A DNA stretch of 64,000 nucleotides from Auanema rhodensis (lineage: Eukaryota > Animalia > Nematoda), in contig OZ059899.1 in assembly GCA_964057225.1 (NCBI GenBank), forward strand, positions 10,292,001 to 10,356,000. The letters are read 5' to 3'. Within the stretch, counting starts at the first letter, position 1. Every line of letters starts with the position of its first letter. A program made the position numbers and the translations under genes. The notes below the pieces were generated by a model, which searched no databases, was not told the origin of the DNA, and worked only from the letters and a program-made list of their open reading frames with translations. This document shows, in pieces, positions 52,648 through 64,000 of this stretch.

Positions 52648-55049
52648 TAAATTTTTTTCATTTGACTTGTCATTTACAAAAATCAAATTTATCTTCTTCA
52701 ACGATTATTTTTGCAATGTGTCATAAAAATTTCACAGTTGAACAAAACGTTTTTTAAGAATTTTTTTTGTTGTCAACATATATATTTTCCTGGAATTCGA
52801 AAGCATTTGGGATGGAAATTAGAAAGAAAAGAACTAGTTTTTCCTATTTTAAAACAAACAAAAAAAAATAAAATGAAAAAGATTGTTAGATATCCAATTT
52901 AAACTTATACATTTACTTCGATAAAGAGCCTATTAGTTTGAAATTTTATGTCTTACAGTTCTCCAACAGAACAGACTGATCCTGATTTCTCTATGATTAC
53001 ATAAAACTCTCGTTTGATATAAAAAAAGAAGAGGAATAACGTTTCCAGGATGTCAATGATATCGAATCTAGTGATATTGTAAAAAAATGTAATGTCAGCT
53101 CCATAGGTTTTCTCTTAATTTCTCTCATCACAATTGTCTTAGTTTTTTTTCTCATAAGAGTTTCTGAAATCTTAGGTGAACAAGGCCGTATATATATTTT
53201 CCTGGATTTCGAAAGCATTTGGGATGGAAATTAGAAAGAAAAGAACTAGTTTTTCCTACTTTAAAACAAACAAAAAAAAAATAAAATGAAAAAGATTGTT
53301 AGATGTCCAATTTAAACTTATACATTTACTTCGATAAAGAGCCTATTAGTTTGAAATTTTATGTCTTACAGTTCTCCAACAGAACAGACTGATCCTGATT
53401 TCTCTATGATTACATAAAACTCTCGTTTGATATAAAAAAAGAAGAGGAATAACGTTTCCAGGATGTCAATGATATCGAATCTAGTGATATTGTAGAAAAA
53501 TGTAATGTCAGCTCCATAGGTTTTCTCTTAATTTCTCTCATCACAATTGTCTTAGTTTTTTTTCTCATAAGAGTTTCTAAAATCTTAGGTGAACAAGGCC
53601 GTATATATTTTTTTCTGGAATTCGAAAGCATTTGGGATGGAAATTAGAAAGAAAAGAACTAGTTTTTCCTACTTTAAAACAAACAATAAGAAATAAAATA
53701 AAAAAGATTGTTAGATATCCAATTTAAACTTATACATTTACTTCGATAAAGAGCCTATTAGTTTGAAATTTTATGTCTTACAGTTCTCCAACAGAACAGA
53801 CTGATCCTGATTTCTCTATGATTATATAAAACTCTCGTTTGATATAAAAAAAGAAGAGGAATAACGTTTCCAGGATGTCAATGATATCGAATCTAGTGAT
53901 ATTGTAGAAAAATGTAATGTCAGCTCCATAGGTTTTCTCTTAATTTCTCTCATCACAATTGTCTTAGTTTTTTTTCTCATAAGAGTTTCTGAAATCTTAG
54001 GTGAACAAGGCCGTATATATTTTTTTCTGGAATTCGAAAGCATTTGGGATGGAAATTAGAAAGAAAAGAACTAGTTTTTCCTACTTTAAAACAAACAATA
54101 AGAAATAAAATAAAAAAGATTGTTAGATATCCAATTTAAACTTATACATTTACTTCGATAAAGAGCCTATTAGTTTGAAATTTTATGTCTTACAGTTCTC
54201 CAACAGAACAGACTGATCCTGATTTCTCTATGATTACATAAAACTCTCGTTTGATATAAAAAAAGAAGAGGAATAACGTTTCCAGGATGTCAATGATATC
54301 GAATCTAGTGATATTGTAGAAAAATGTAATGTCAGCTCCATAGGTTTTCTCTTAATTTCTCTCATCACAATTGTCTTAGTTTTTTTTCTCATAAGAGTTT
54401 CTGAAATCTTAGGTGAACAAGGCCGTATATATTTTTTTCTGGAATTCGAAAGCATTTGGGATGGAAATTAGAAAGAAAAGAACTAGTTTTTCCTATTTTA
54501 AAACAAACAAAAAAAAATAAAATGAAAAAGATTATTAGATATCCAATTTAAACTTATACATTTACTTCGATAAAGAGCCTATTAGTTTGAAATTTTATGT
54601 CTTACAGTTCTCCAACAGAACAGACTGATCCTGATTTCTCTATGATTACATAAAACTCTCGTTTGATATAAAAAAAGAAGAGGAATAACGTTTCCAGGAT
54701 GTCAATGATATCGAATCTAGTGATATTGTAAAAAAATGTAATGTCAGCTCCATAGGTTTTCTCTTAATTTCTCTCATCACAATTGTCTTAGTTTTTTTTC
54801 TCATAAGAGTTTCTGAAATCTTAGGTGAACAAGGCCGTATATATTTTTTTCTGGAATTCGAAAGCATTTGGGATGGAAATTAGAAAGAAAAGAACTAGTT
54901 TTTCCTACTTTAAAACAAACAATAAGAAATAAAATGAAAAAGATTGTTAGATATCCGATTTAAACTTATACATTTACTTCGATAAAGAGCCTATTAGTTT
55001 GAAATTTTATGTCTTACAGTTCTCCAACAGAACAGACTGATCCTGATTT

Positions 55050-58000
55050 CTCTATGATTACATAAAACTCTCGTTTGATATAAAAAAAGAAGAGGAATAA
55101 CGTTTCCAGGATGTCAATGATATCGAATCTAGTGATATTGTAGAAAAATGTAATGTCAGCTCCATAGGTTTTCTCTTAATTTCTCTCATCACAATTGTCT
55201 TAGTTTTTTTTCTCATAAGAGTTTCTGAAATCTTAGGTGAACAAGGCCGTATATATTTTTTTCTGGAATTTGAAAACATTTGGGATGGAAATTAGAAGGA
55301 AAAGAACTAGTTTTTCCTACTTTAAAACAAACAATAAGAAATAAAATAAAAAAGATTGTTAGATATCCAATTTAAACTTATACATTTACTTTGATAAAGA
55401 GCCTATTAGTTTGAAATTTTATGTCTTACAGTTCTCCAACAGAACAGACTGATCCTGATTTCTCTATGATTACATAAAACTCTCGTTTGATATAAAAAAA
55501 GAAGAGGAATAACGTTTCCAGGATGTCAATGATATCGAATCTAGTGATATTGTAGAAAAATGTAATGTCAGCTCCATAGGTTTTCTCTTAATTTCTCTCA
55601 TCACAATTGTCTTAGTTTTTTTTCTCATAAGAGTTTCTGAAATCTTAGGTGAACAAGGCCGTATATATTTTTTTCTGGAATTCGAAAGCATTTGGGATGG
55701 AAATTATAAAGAAAAGAACTAGTTTTTCCTATTTTAAAACAAACAAAAAAAAATAAAATGAAAAAGATTGTTAGATATCCAATTTAAACTTATACATTTA
55801 CTTCGATAAAGAGCCTATTAGTTTGAAATTTTATGTCTTACAGTTCTCCAACAGAACAGACTGATCCTGATTTCTCTATGATTACATAAAACTCTCGTTT
55901 GATATAAAAAAAGAAGAGGAATAACGTTTCCAGGATGTCAATGATATCGAATCTAGTGATATTGTAAAAAAATGTAATGTCAGCTCCATAGGTTTTCTCT
56001 TAATTTCTCTCATCACAATTGTCTTAGTTTTTTTTCTCATAAGAGTTTCTGAAATCTTAGGTGAACAAGGCCGTATATTTGTTTTTTCTGGAAATCGAAA
56101 GCATTTGGGATGGAAATTAGAAAGAAAAGAACTAGTTTTTCCTATTTTAAAACAAACAAAAAAAATAAAATAAAAAAGATTGTTAGATATCCAATTTAAA
56201 CTCATACATTTACTTTGATAAAGAGCCTATTAATTTGAAATTTTATGTCTTACAGTTCTCCAACAGAACAGACTGATCCTGATTTCTCTATGATTACATA
56301 AAACTCTCGTTTGATATAAAAAAGAAGAGGAATAACGTTTCCAGGATGTCAATGATATCGAATCTAGTGATATTGTAAAAAAATGTAATGTCAGCTCCAT
56401 AGGTTTTCTCTTAATTTCTCTCATCACAATTGTCTTAGTTTTTTTTCTCATAAGAGTTTCTGAAATCTTAGGTGAACAAGGCCGTATATATTTTTTTCTG
56501 GAATTCGAAAACATTTGGGATGGAAATTAGAAGGAAAAGAACTAGTTTTTCCTACTTTAAAACAAACAATAAGAAATAAAATAAAAAAGATTGTTAGATA
56601 TCCAATTTAAACTTATACATTTACTTTGATAAAGAGCCTATTAGTTTGAAATTTTATGTCTTACAGTTCTCCAACAGAACAGACTGATCCTGATTTCTCT
56701 ATGATTACATAAAACTCTCGTTTGATATAAAAAAGAAGAGGAATAACGTTTCCAGGATGTCAATGATATCGAATCTAGTGATATTGTAGAAAAATGTAAT
56801 GTCAGCTCCATAGGTTTTCTCTTAATTTCTCTCATCACAATTGTCTTAGTTTTTTTTCTCATAAGAGTTTCTGAAATCTTAGGTGAACAAGGCCGTATAT
56901 ATTTTTTTCTGGAATTCGAAAGCATTTGGGATGGAAGTTAGAAAGAAAAGAACTAGTTTTTCCTATTTTAAAACAAACAAAAAAAAATAAAATGAAAAAG
57001 ATTGTTAGATATCCAATTTAAACTTATACATTTACTTCGATAAAGAGCCTATTAGTTTGAAATTTTATGTCTTACAGTTCTCCAACAGAACAGACTGATC
57101 CTGATTTCTCTATGATTACATAAAACTCTCGTTTGATATAAAAAAAGAAGAGGAATAACGTTTCCAGGATGTCAATGATATCGAATCTAGTGATATTGTA
57201 AAAAAATGTAATGTCAGCTCCATAGGTTTTCTCTTAATTTCTCTCATCACAATTGTCTTAGTTTTTTTTCTCATAAGAGTTTCTGAAATCTTAGGTGAAC
57301 AAGGCCGTATATATTTTTTTCTGGAATTCGAAAGCATTTGGGATGGAAGTTAGAAAGAAAAGAACTAGTTTTTCCTATTTTAAAACAAACAAAAAAAAAT
57401 AAAATGAAAAAGATTGTTAGATATCCAATTTAAACTTATACATTTACTTCGATAAAGAGCCTATTAGTTTGAAATTTTATGTCTTACAGTTCTCCAACAG
57501 AACAGACTGATCCTGATTTCTCTATGATTACATAAAACTCTCGTTTGATATACAAAAAGGAGAGGAATAACGTGTCCAGGATATCAATGATATCGAATCT
57601 AGTGATATTGTAGAAAAATGTAATGTCAGCTCCATAGGTTTTCTCTTAATTTCTCTCATCACAATTGTCTTAGTTTTTTTTCTCATAAGAGTTTCTGAAA
57701 TCTTAGGTGAACAAGGCCGTATATATTTTTTTCTGGAATTCGAAAGCATTTGGGATGGAAATTAGAAAGAAAAGAACTAGTTTTTCCTACTTTAAAACAA
57801 ACAATAAGAAATAAAATGAAAAAGATTGTTAGATATCCAATTTAAACTTATACATTTACTTCGATAAAGAGCCTATTAGTTTGAAATTTTATGTCTTACA
57901 GTTCTCCAACAGAACAGACTGATCCTGATTTCTCTATGATTACATAAAACTCTCGTTTGATATAAAAAAAGAAGAGGAATAACGTTTCCAGGATGTCAAT

Positions 58001-59520
58001 GATATCGAATCTAGTGATATTGTAGAAAAATGTAATGTCAGCTCCATAGGTTTTCTCTTAATTTCTCTCATCACAATTGTCTTAGTTTTTTTTCTCATAA
58101 GAGTTTCTGAAATCTTAGGTGAACAAGGCCGTATATATTTTTTTCTGGAATTTGAAAACATTTGGGATGGAAATTAGAAGGAAAAGAACTAGTTTTTCCT
58201 ACTTTAAAACAAACAATAAGAAATAAAATAAAAAAGATTGTTAGATATCCAATTTAAACTTATACATTTACTTTGATAAAGAGCCTATTAGTGTGAAATT
58301 TTATGTCTTACAGTTCTTCAACAGAACAGACTGATCCTGATTTCTCTATGATTACATAAAACTCTCGTTTGATATAAAAAAAGAAGAGGAATAACGTTTC
58401 CAGGATGTCAATGATATCGAATCTAGTGATATTGTAGAAAAATGTAATGTCAGCTCCATAGGTTTTCTCTTAATTTCTCTCATCACAATTGCCTTAGTTT
58501 TTTTTCTCATAAGAGTTTCTGAAATCTTAGGTGAACAAGGCCGTATATATTTTTTTCTGGAATTCGAAAGCATTTGGGATGGAAATTATAAAGAAAAGAA
58601 CTAGTTTTTCCTATTTTAAAACAAACAAAAAAAATAAAATGAAAAAGATTGTTAGATATCCAATTTAAACTTATACATTTACTTCGATAAAGAGCCTATT
58701 AGTTTGAAATTTTATGTCTTACAGTTCTCCAACAGAACAGACTGATCCTGATTTCTCTATGATTACATAAAACTCTCGTTTGATATAAAAAAAGAAGAGG
58801 AATAACGTTTCCAGGATGTCAATGATATCGAATCTAGTGATATTGTAAAAAAATGTAATGTCAGCTCCATAGGTTTTCTCTTAATTTCTCTCATCACAAT
58901 TGTCTTAGTTTTTTTTCTCATAAGAGTTTCTGAAATCTTAGGTGAACAAGGCCGTATATATTTTTTTCTGGAAATCGAAAGCATTTGGGATGGAAATTAG
59001 AAAGAAAAGAACTAGTTTTTCCTATTTTAAAACAAACAAAAAAAAATAAAATAAAAAAGATTGTTAGATATCCAATTTAAACTCATACATTTACTTTGAT
59101 AAAGAGCCTATTAATTTGAAATTTTATGTCTTACAGTTCTCCAACAGAACAGACTGATCCTGATTTCTCTATGATTACATAAAACTCTCGTTTGATATAA
59201 AAAAGAAGAGGAATAACGTTTCCAGGATGTCAATGATATCGAATCTAGTGATATTGTAAAAAAATGTAATGTCAGCTCCATAGGTTTTCTCTTAATTTCT
59301 CTCATCACAATTGTCTTAGTTTTTTTTCTCATAAGAGTTTCTGAAATCTTAGGTGAACAAGGCCGTATATATTTTTTTCTGGAATTCGAAAACATTTGGG
59401 ATGGAAATTAGAAGGAAAAGAACTAGTTTTTCCTACTTTAAAACAAACAATAAGAAATAAAATAAAAAAGATTGTTAGATATCCTATTTAAACTTATACA
59501 TTTACTTTGATAAAGAGCCT
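55050..59520. repeat. Higher-order duplication, offset ~2881-2882 bp (7 S monomers)
   Basis: GGAATTTGAAAAC at ~55270/~58151, GGAAATCG at ~56093/~58974 and CTATTAATTTG at ~56232/~59113. Confidence 0.8.
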
Positions 59521-59770
59521 ATTAGTTTGAAATTTTATGTCTTACAGTTCTCCAACAGAACAGACTGATCCTGATTTCTCTATGATTACATAAAACTCTC
59601 GTTTGATATACAAAAAGGAGAGGAATAACGTTTCCAGGATATCAATGATATCGAATCTAGTGATATTGTAGAAAAATGTAATGTCAGCTCCATAGTTTTT
59701 CTCTAAATTTCTCTCATCACAATAGTCTTATTTTTTTTTCATAAGAGTTTCTGAAATCTTATTTGAACAA

Positions 59771-59843
59771 GGCCGCGTGGCGCAATGGATAACGCGTCTG
59801 CCTACGGAGCAGAAGATTGTAGGTTCGAATCCTGCCGTGGTCG
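59771..59843 (+). tRNA. tRNA-Arg(ACG), copy 26
   Basis: Identical 73-nt gene plus T7. Confidence 0.97.
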
Positions 59844-62435
59844 TAAATTTTTTTCATTTGACTTGTCATTTACAAAAATCAAATTTATCTTCTTCAACGA
59901 TTATTTTTGCAATGTGTCATAAAAATTTCACAGTTGAACAAAACGTTTTTTAAGAATTTTTTTTGTTGTCAACATATATATTTTCCTGGAATTCGAAAGC
60001 ATTTGGGATGGAAATTAGAAAGAAAAGAACTAGTTTTTCCTATTTTAAAACAAACAAAAAAAAATAAAATGAAAAAGATTGTTAGATATCCAATTTAAAC
60101 TTATACATTTACTTCGATAAAGAGCCTATTAGTTTGAAATTTTATGTCTTACAGTTCTCCAACAGAACAGACTGATCCTGATTTCTCTATGATTACATAA
60201 AATTCTCGTTTGATATAAAAAAAGAAGAGGAATAACGTTTCCAGGATGTCAATGATATCGAATCTAGTGATATTGTAAAAAAATGTAATGTCAGCTCCAT
60301 AGGTTTTCTCTTAATTTCTCTTATCACAATTGTCTTAGTTTTTTTTCTCATAAGAGTTTCTGAAATCTTAGGTGAACAAGGCCGTATATATTTTTTTCTG
60401 GAATTCGAAAGCATTTGGGATGGAAATTAGAAAGAAAAGAACTAGTTTTTCCTATTTTAAAACAAACAAAAAAAAATAAAATGAAAAAGATTGTTAGATA
60501 TCCAATTTAAACTTATACATTTACTTCGATAAAGAGCCTATTAGTTTGAAATTTTATGTCTTACAGTTCTCCAACAGAACAGACTGATCCTGATTTCTCT
60601 ATGATTACATAAAACTCTCGTTTGATATACAAAAAGGAGAGGAATAACGTGTCCAGGATATCAATGATATCGAATCTAGTGATATTGTAGAAAAATGTAA
60701 TGTCAGCTCCATAGGTTTTCTCTTAATTTCTCTCATCACAATTGTCTTAGTTTTTTTTCTCATAAGAGTTTCTGAAATCTTAGGTGAACAAGGCCGTATA
60801 TATTTTTTTCTGGAATTCGAAAGCATTTGGGATTGATATTAGAAGGAAAAGAACTAGTTTTTCCTACTTTAAAACAAACAATAAGAAATAAAATAAAAAA
60901 GATTGTTAGATATCCAATTTAAACTTATACATTTACTTTGATAAAGAGCCTATTAGTTTGAAATTTTATGTCTTACAGTTCTCCAACAGAACAGACTGAT
61001 CCTGATTTCTCTATGATTACATAAAACTCTCGTTTGATATAAAAAAAAAAGAGGAATAACGTTTCCAGGATGTCAATGATATCGAATCTAGTGATATTGT
61101 AGAAAAATGTAATGTCAGCTCCATAGGTTTTCTCTTAATTTCTCTCATCACAATTGTCTTAGTTTTTTTTCTCATTAGAGTTTCTGAAATCTTAGGTGAA
61201 CAAGGCCGTATATATTTTTTTCTAGAATTTGAAAGCATTTGGGATGGACATTAGAAGTAAAAGAACTAGTTTTTCCTACTTTAAAACAAACAAAAAAAAA
61301 TAAAATGAAAAAGATTGTTAGATATCCAATTTAAACTTATACATTTACTTCGATGAAGAGCCTATTAGTTTGAAATTTTATGTCTTACAGTTCTCCAACA
61401 GAACAGACTGATCCTGATTTCTCTATGATTACATAAAACTCTCGTTTGATATAAAAAAAGAAGAGAAATAACGTTTCCAGGATGTCAATGATATCGAATC
61501 TAGTGATATTGTAAAAAAATGTAATGTCAGCTCCATAAGTTTTCTCTTAATTTCTCTCATCACAATTGTCTTAGTTTTTTTTCTCATAAGAGTTTCTGAA
61601 ATCTTAGGTGAACAAGGCCGTATATATTTTTTTCTGGAATTCGAAAGCATTTGGGATGGAAATTAGAAAGAAAAGAACTAGTTTTTCCTACTTTAAAACA
61701 AACAATAAGAAATAAAATAAAAAAGATTGTTAGATATCCAATTTAAACTTATACATTTACTTCGATAAAGAGCCTATTAGTTTGAAATTTTATGTCTTAC
61801 AGTTCTCCAACAGAACAGACTGATCCTGATTTCTCTATGATTATATAAAACTCTCGTTTGATATACAAAAAGGAGAGGAATAACGTTTCCAGGATATCAA
61901 TGATATCGAATCTAGTGATATTGTAGAAAAATGTAATGTCAGCTCCATAGTTTTTCTCTTAATTTCTCTCATCACAATAGTCTTATTTTTTTTTCATAAG
62001 AGTTTCTGAAATCTTAGTTGAACAAGGCCGTATATATTTTTTTCTGGAATTCGAAAGCATTTGGGATGGATATTAGAAGGAAAAGAACTAGCTTTTCCTA
62101 CTTTAAAACAAACAATAAGAAATAAAATAAAAAAGATTGTTAGATATCCAATTTAAACTTATACATTTACTTCGATAAAGAGCCTATTAGTTTGAAATTT
62201 TATGTCTTACAGTTCTCCAACAGAACAGACTGATCCTGATTTCTCTATGATTACATAAAACTCTCGTTTGATATACAAAAAGGAGAGGAATAACGTTTCC
62301 AGGATATCAATGATATCGAATCTAGTGATATTGTAGAAAAATGTAATGTCAGCTCCATAGTTTTTCTCTAAATTTCTCTCATGACAATAGTCTTATTTTT
62401 TTTTCATAAGAGTTTCTGAAATCTTAGTTGAACAA

Positions 62436-62508
62436 GGCCGCGTGGCGCAATGGATAACGCGTCTGCCTACGGAGCAGAAGATTGTAGGTTCGAATCCTGC
62501 CGTGGTCG
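62436..62508 (+). tRNA. tRNA-Arg(ACG), copy 27
   Basis: Identical 73-nt gene plus T7. Confidence 0.97.
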
Positions 62509-64000
62509 TAAATTTTTTTCATTTGACTTGTCATTTACAAAAATCAAATTTATCTTCTTCAACGATTATTTTTGCAATGTGTCATAAAAATTTCACAGTT
62601 GAACAAAACGTTTTTTAAGAATTTTTTTTGTTGTCAACATATATATTTTCCTGGAATTCGAAAGCATTTGGGATGGAAATTAGAAAGAAAAGAACTAGTT
62701 TTTCCTATTTTAAAACAAACAAAAAAAATAAAATGAAAAAGATTGTTAGATATCCAATTTAAACTTATACATTTACTTCGATAAAGAGCCTATTAGTTTG
62801 AAATTTTATGTCTTACAGTTCTCCAACAGAACAGACTGATCCTGATTTCTCTATGATTACATAAAATTCTCGTTTGATATAAAAAAAGAAGAGGAATAAC
62901 GTTTCCAGGATGTCAATGATATCGAATCTAGTGATATTGTAAAAAAATGTAATGTCAGCTCCATAGGTTTTCTCTTAATTTCTCTCATCACAATTGTCTT
63001 AGTTTTTTTTCTCATAAGAGTTTCTGAAATCTTAGGTGAACAAGGCCGTATATATTTTTTTCTGGAATTCAAAAGCATTTGGGATGGAAATTAGAAAGAA
63101 AAGAACTAGTTTTTCCTACTTTAAAACGAACAATAAGAAATAAAATAAAAAAGATTGTTAGATATCCAATTTAAACTTATACATTTACTTCGATAAAGAG
63201 CCTATTAGTTTGAAATTTTATGTCTTACAGTTCTCCAACAGAACAGACTGATCCTGATTTCTCTATGATTACATAAAACTCTCGTTTGATATAAAAAAAG
63301 AAGAGGAATAACGTTTCCAGGATGTCAATGATATCGAATCTAGTGATATTGTAGAAAAATGTAATGTCAGCTCCATAGGTTTTCTCTTAATTTCTCTCAT
63401 CACAATTGTCTTAGTTTTTTTTCTCATAAGAGTTTCTGAAATCTTAGGTGAACAAGGCCGTATATATTTTTTTCTGGAATTCGAAAGCATTTGGGATGGA
63501 TATTAGAAGGAAAAGAACTAGTTTTTCCTACTTTAAAACAAACAATAAGAAATAAAATAAAAAAGATTGTTAGATATCCAATTTAAACTTATACATTTAC
63601 TTTGATAAAGAGCCTATTAGTTTGAAATTTTATGTCTTACAGTTCTCCAACAGAACAGACTGATCCTGATTTCTCTATGATTATATAAAACTCTCGTTTG
63701 ATATAAAAAAAGAAGAGAAATAACGTTTCCAGGATGTCAATGATATCGAATCTAGTGATATTGTAAAAAAATGTAATGTCAGCTCCATAAGTTTTCTCTT
63801 AATTTCTCTCATCACAATTGTCTTAGTTTTTTTTCTCATAAGAGTTTCTGAAATCTTAGGTGAACAAGGCCGTATATATTTTTTTCTGGAATTCGAAAGC
63901 ATTTGGGATGGAAATTAGAAAGAAAAGAACTAGTTTTTCCTACTTTAAAACAAACAATAAGAAATAAAATAAAAAAGATTGTTAGATATCCAATTTAAAC

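Larger units (their letters stand above)
1..64000. repeat. Tandem satellite/tRNA-gene array of ~142 head-to-tail monomers: ~115 short (411-412 bp) and 27 long (608-610 bp, tRNA-Arg-bearing); extends beyond both window edges
   Basis: The same landmarks (GAACAAGGCCG, CTGGAATTCGAAAGCATTTGGGATGG, CAGAACAGACTGATCCTG) recur every 411/412 bp, or 609 bp where the tRNA segment is present. The repeated ORF track shows the same period. Copy number is estimated as (64000-27x197)/~412. Confidence 0.99.

Noticed and set aside
12856-60098. Plus-strand 63-106 aa ORFs (MQCVIKISQL..., MAQWITRLP...)
   Set aside because: They are translations of the tRNA and its AT-rich trailer, have TTG/GTG starts, and are frameshifted by A-run changes in copies 8, 11 and 27.
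264-63902. Repeated minus-strand 65-107 aa ORFs (MLSNSRKKYIRPCSPK...)
   Set aside because: They are one ORF replicated by the satellite. They span the deletion junction, mostly use non-ATG starts in eukaryotic DNA, switch C-terminus or vanish with homopolymer indels, and show no recognisable domain.
1-64000. CRISPR-like or integron-like cassette array
   Set aside because: There are no unique spacers or cassettes, since the only variable insert is always the same 197 bp, and there are no cas or integrase genes.
1-64000. Entamoeba-type tRNA-STR array, or 5S/spliced-leader repeat
   Set aside because: The spacer has no internal short tandem repeats, and I could not recognise 5S rRNA, SL1 or a second tRNA on either strand.

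Overview
The whole 64-kb window is one uninterrupted head-to-tail, AT-rich tandem array from a eukaryotic nuclear genome, with no credible protein-coding gene. It is built from two homologous monomers. The short unit (S) is about 411-412 bp, roughly 115 copies. The long unit (L) is about 609 bp, 27 copies, and is S plus a 196-197 bp segment carrying a tRNA-Arg(ACG) gene (73 nt, no intron, no encoded CCA) and its oligo-T Pol III terminator. Virtually every S unit keeps the first 5 nt of the tRNA (GGCCG) at the point where the segment is missing. S therefore looks like a deletion derivative of a tRNA gene unit, meaning a satellite DNA derived from a tRNA gene array. The array is layered: a homogeneous tRNA-dense core (about 22-50 kb) lies between older, tRNA-poor flanks that share variants. 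It also contains several multi-kb higher-order duplications, no adjacent L-L units, recombinant junctions and four mutated tRNA copies. From memory the tRNA resembles nematode Arg-ACG genes, which needs a database check. All ORFs in the track are by-products of the repeat.
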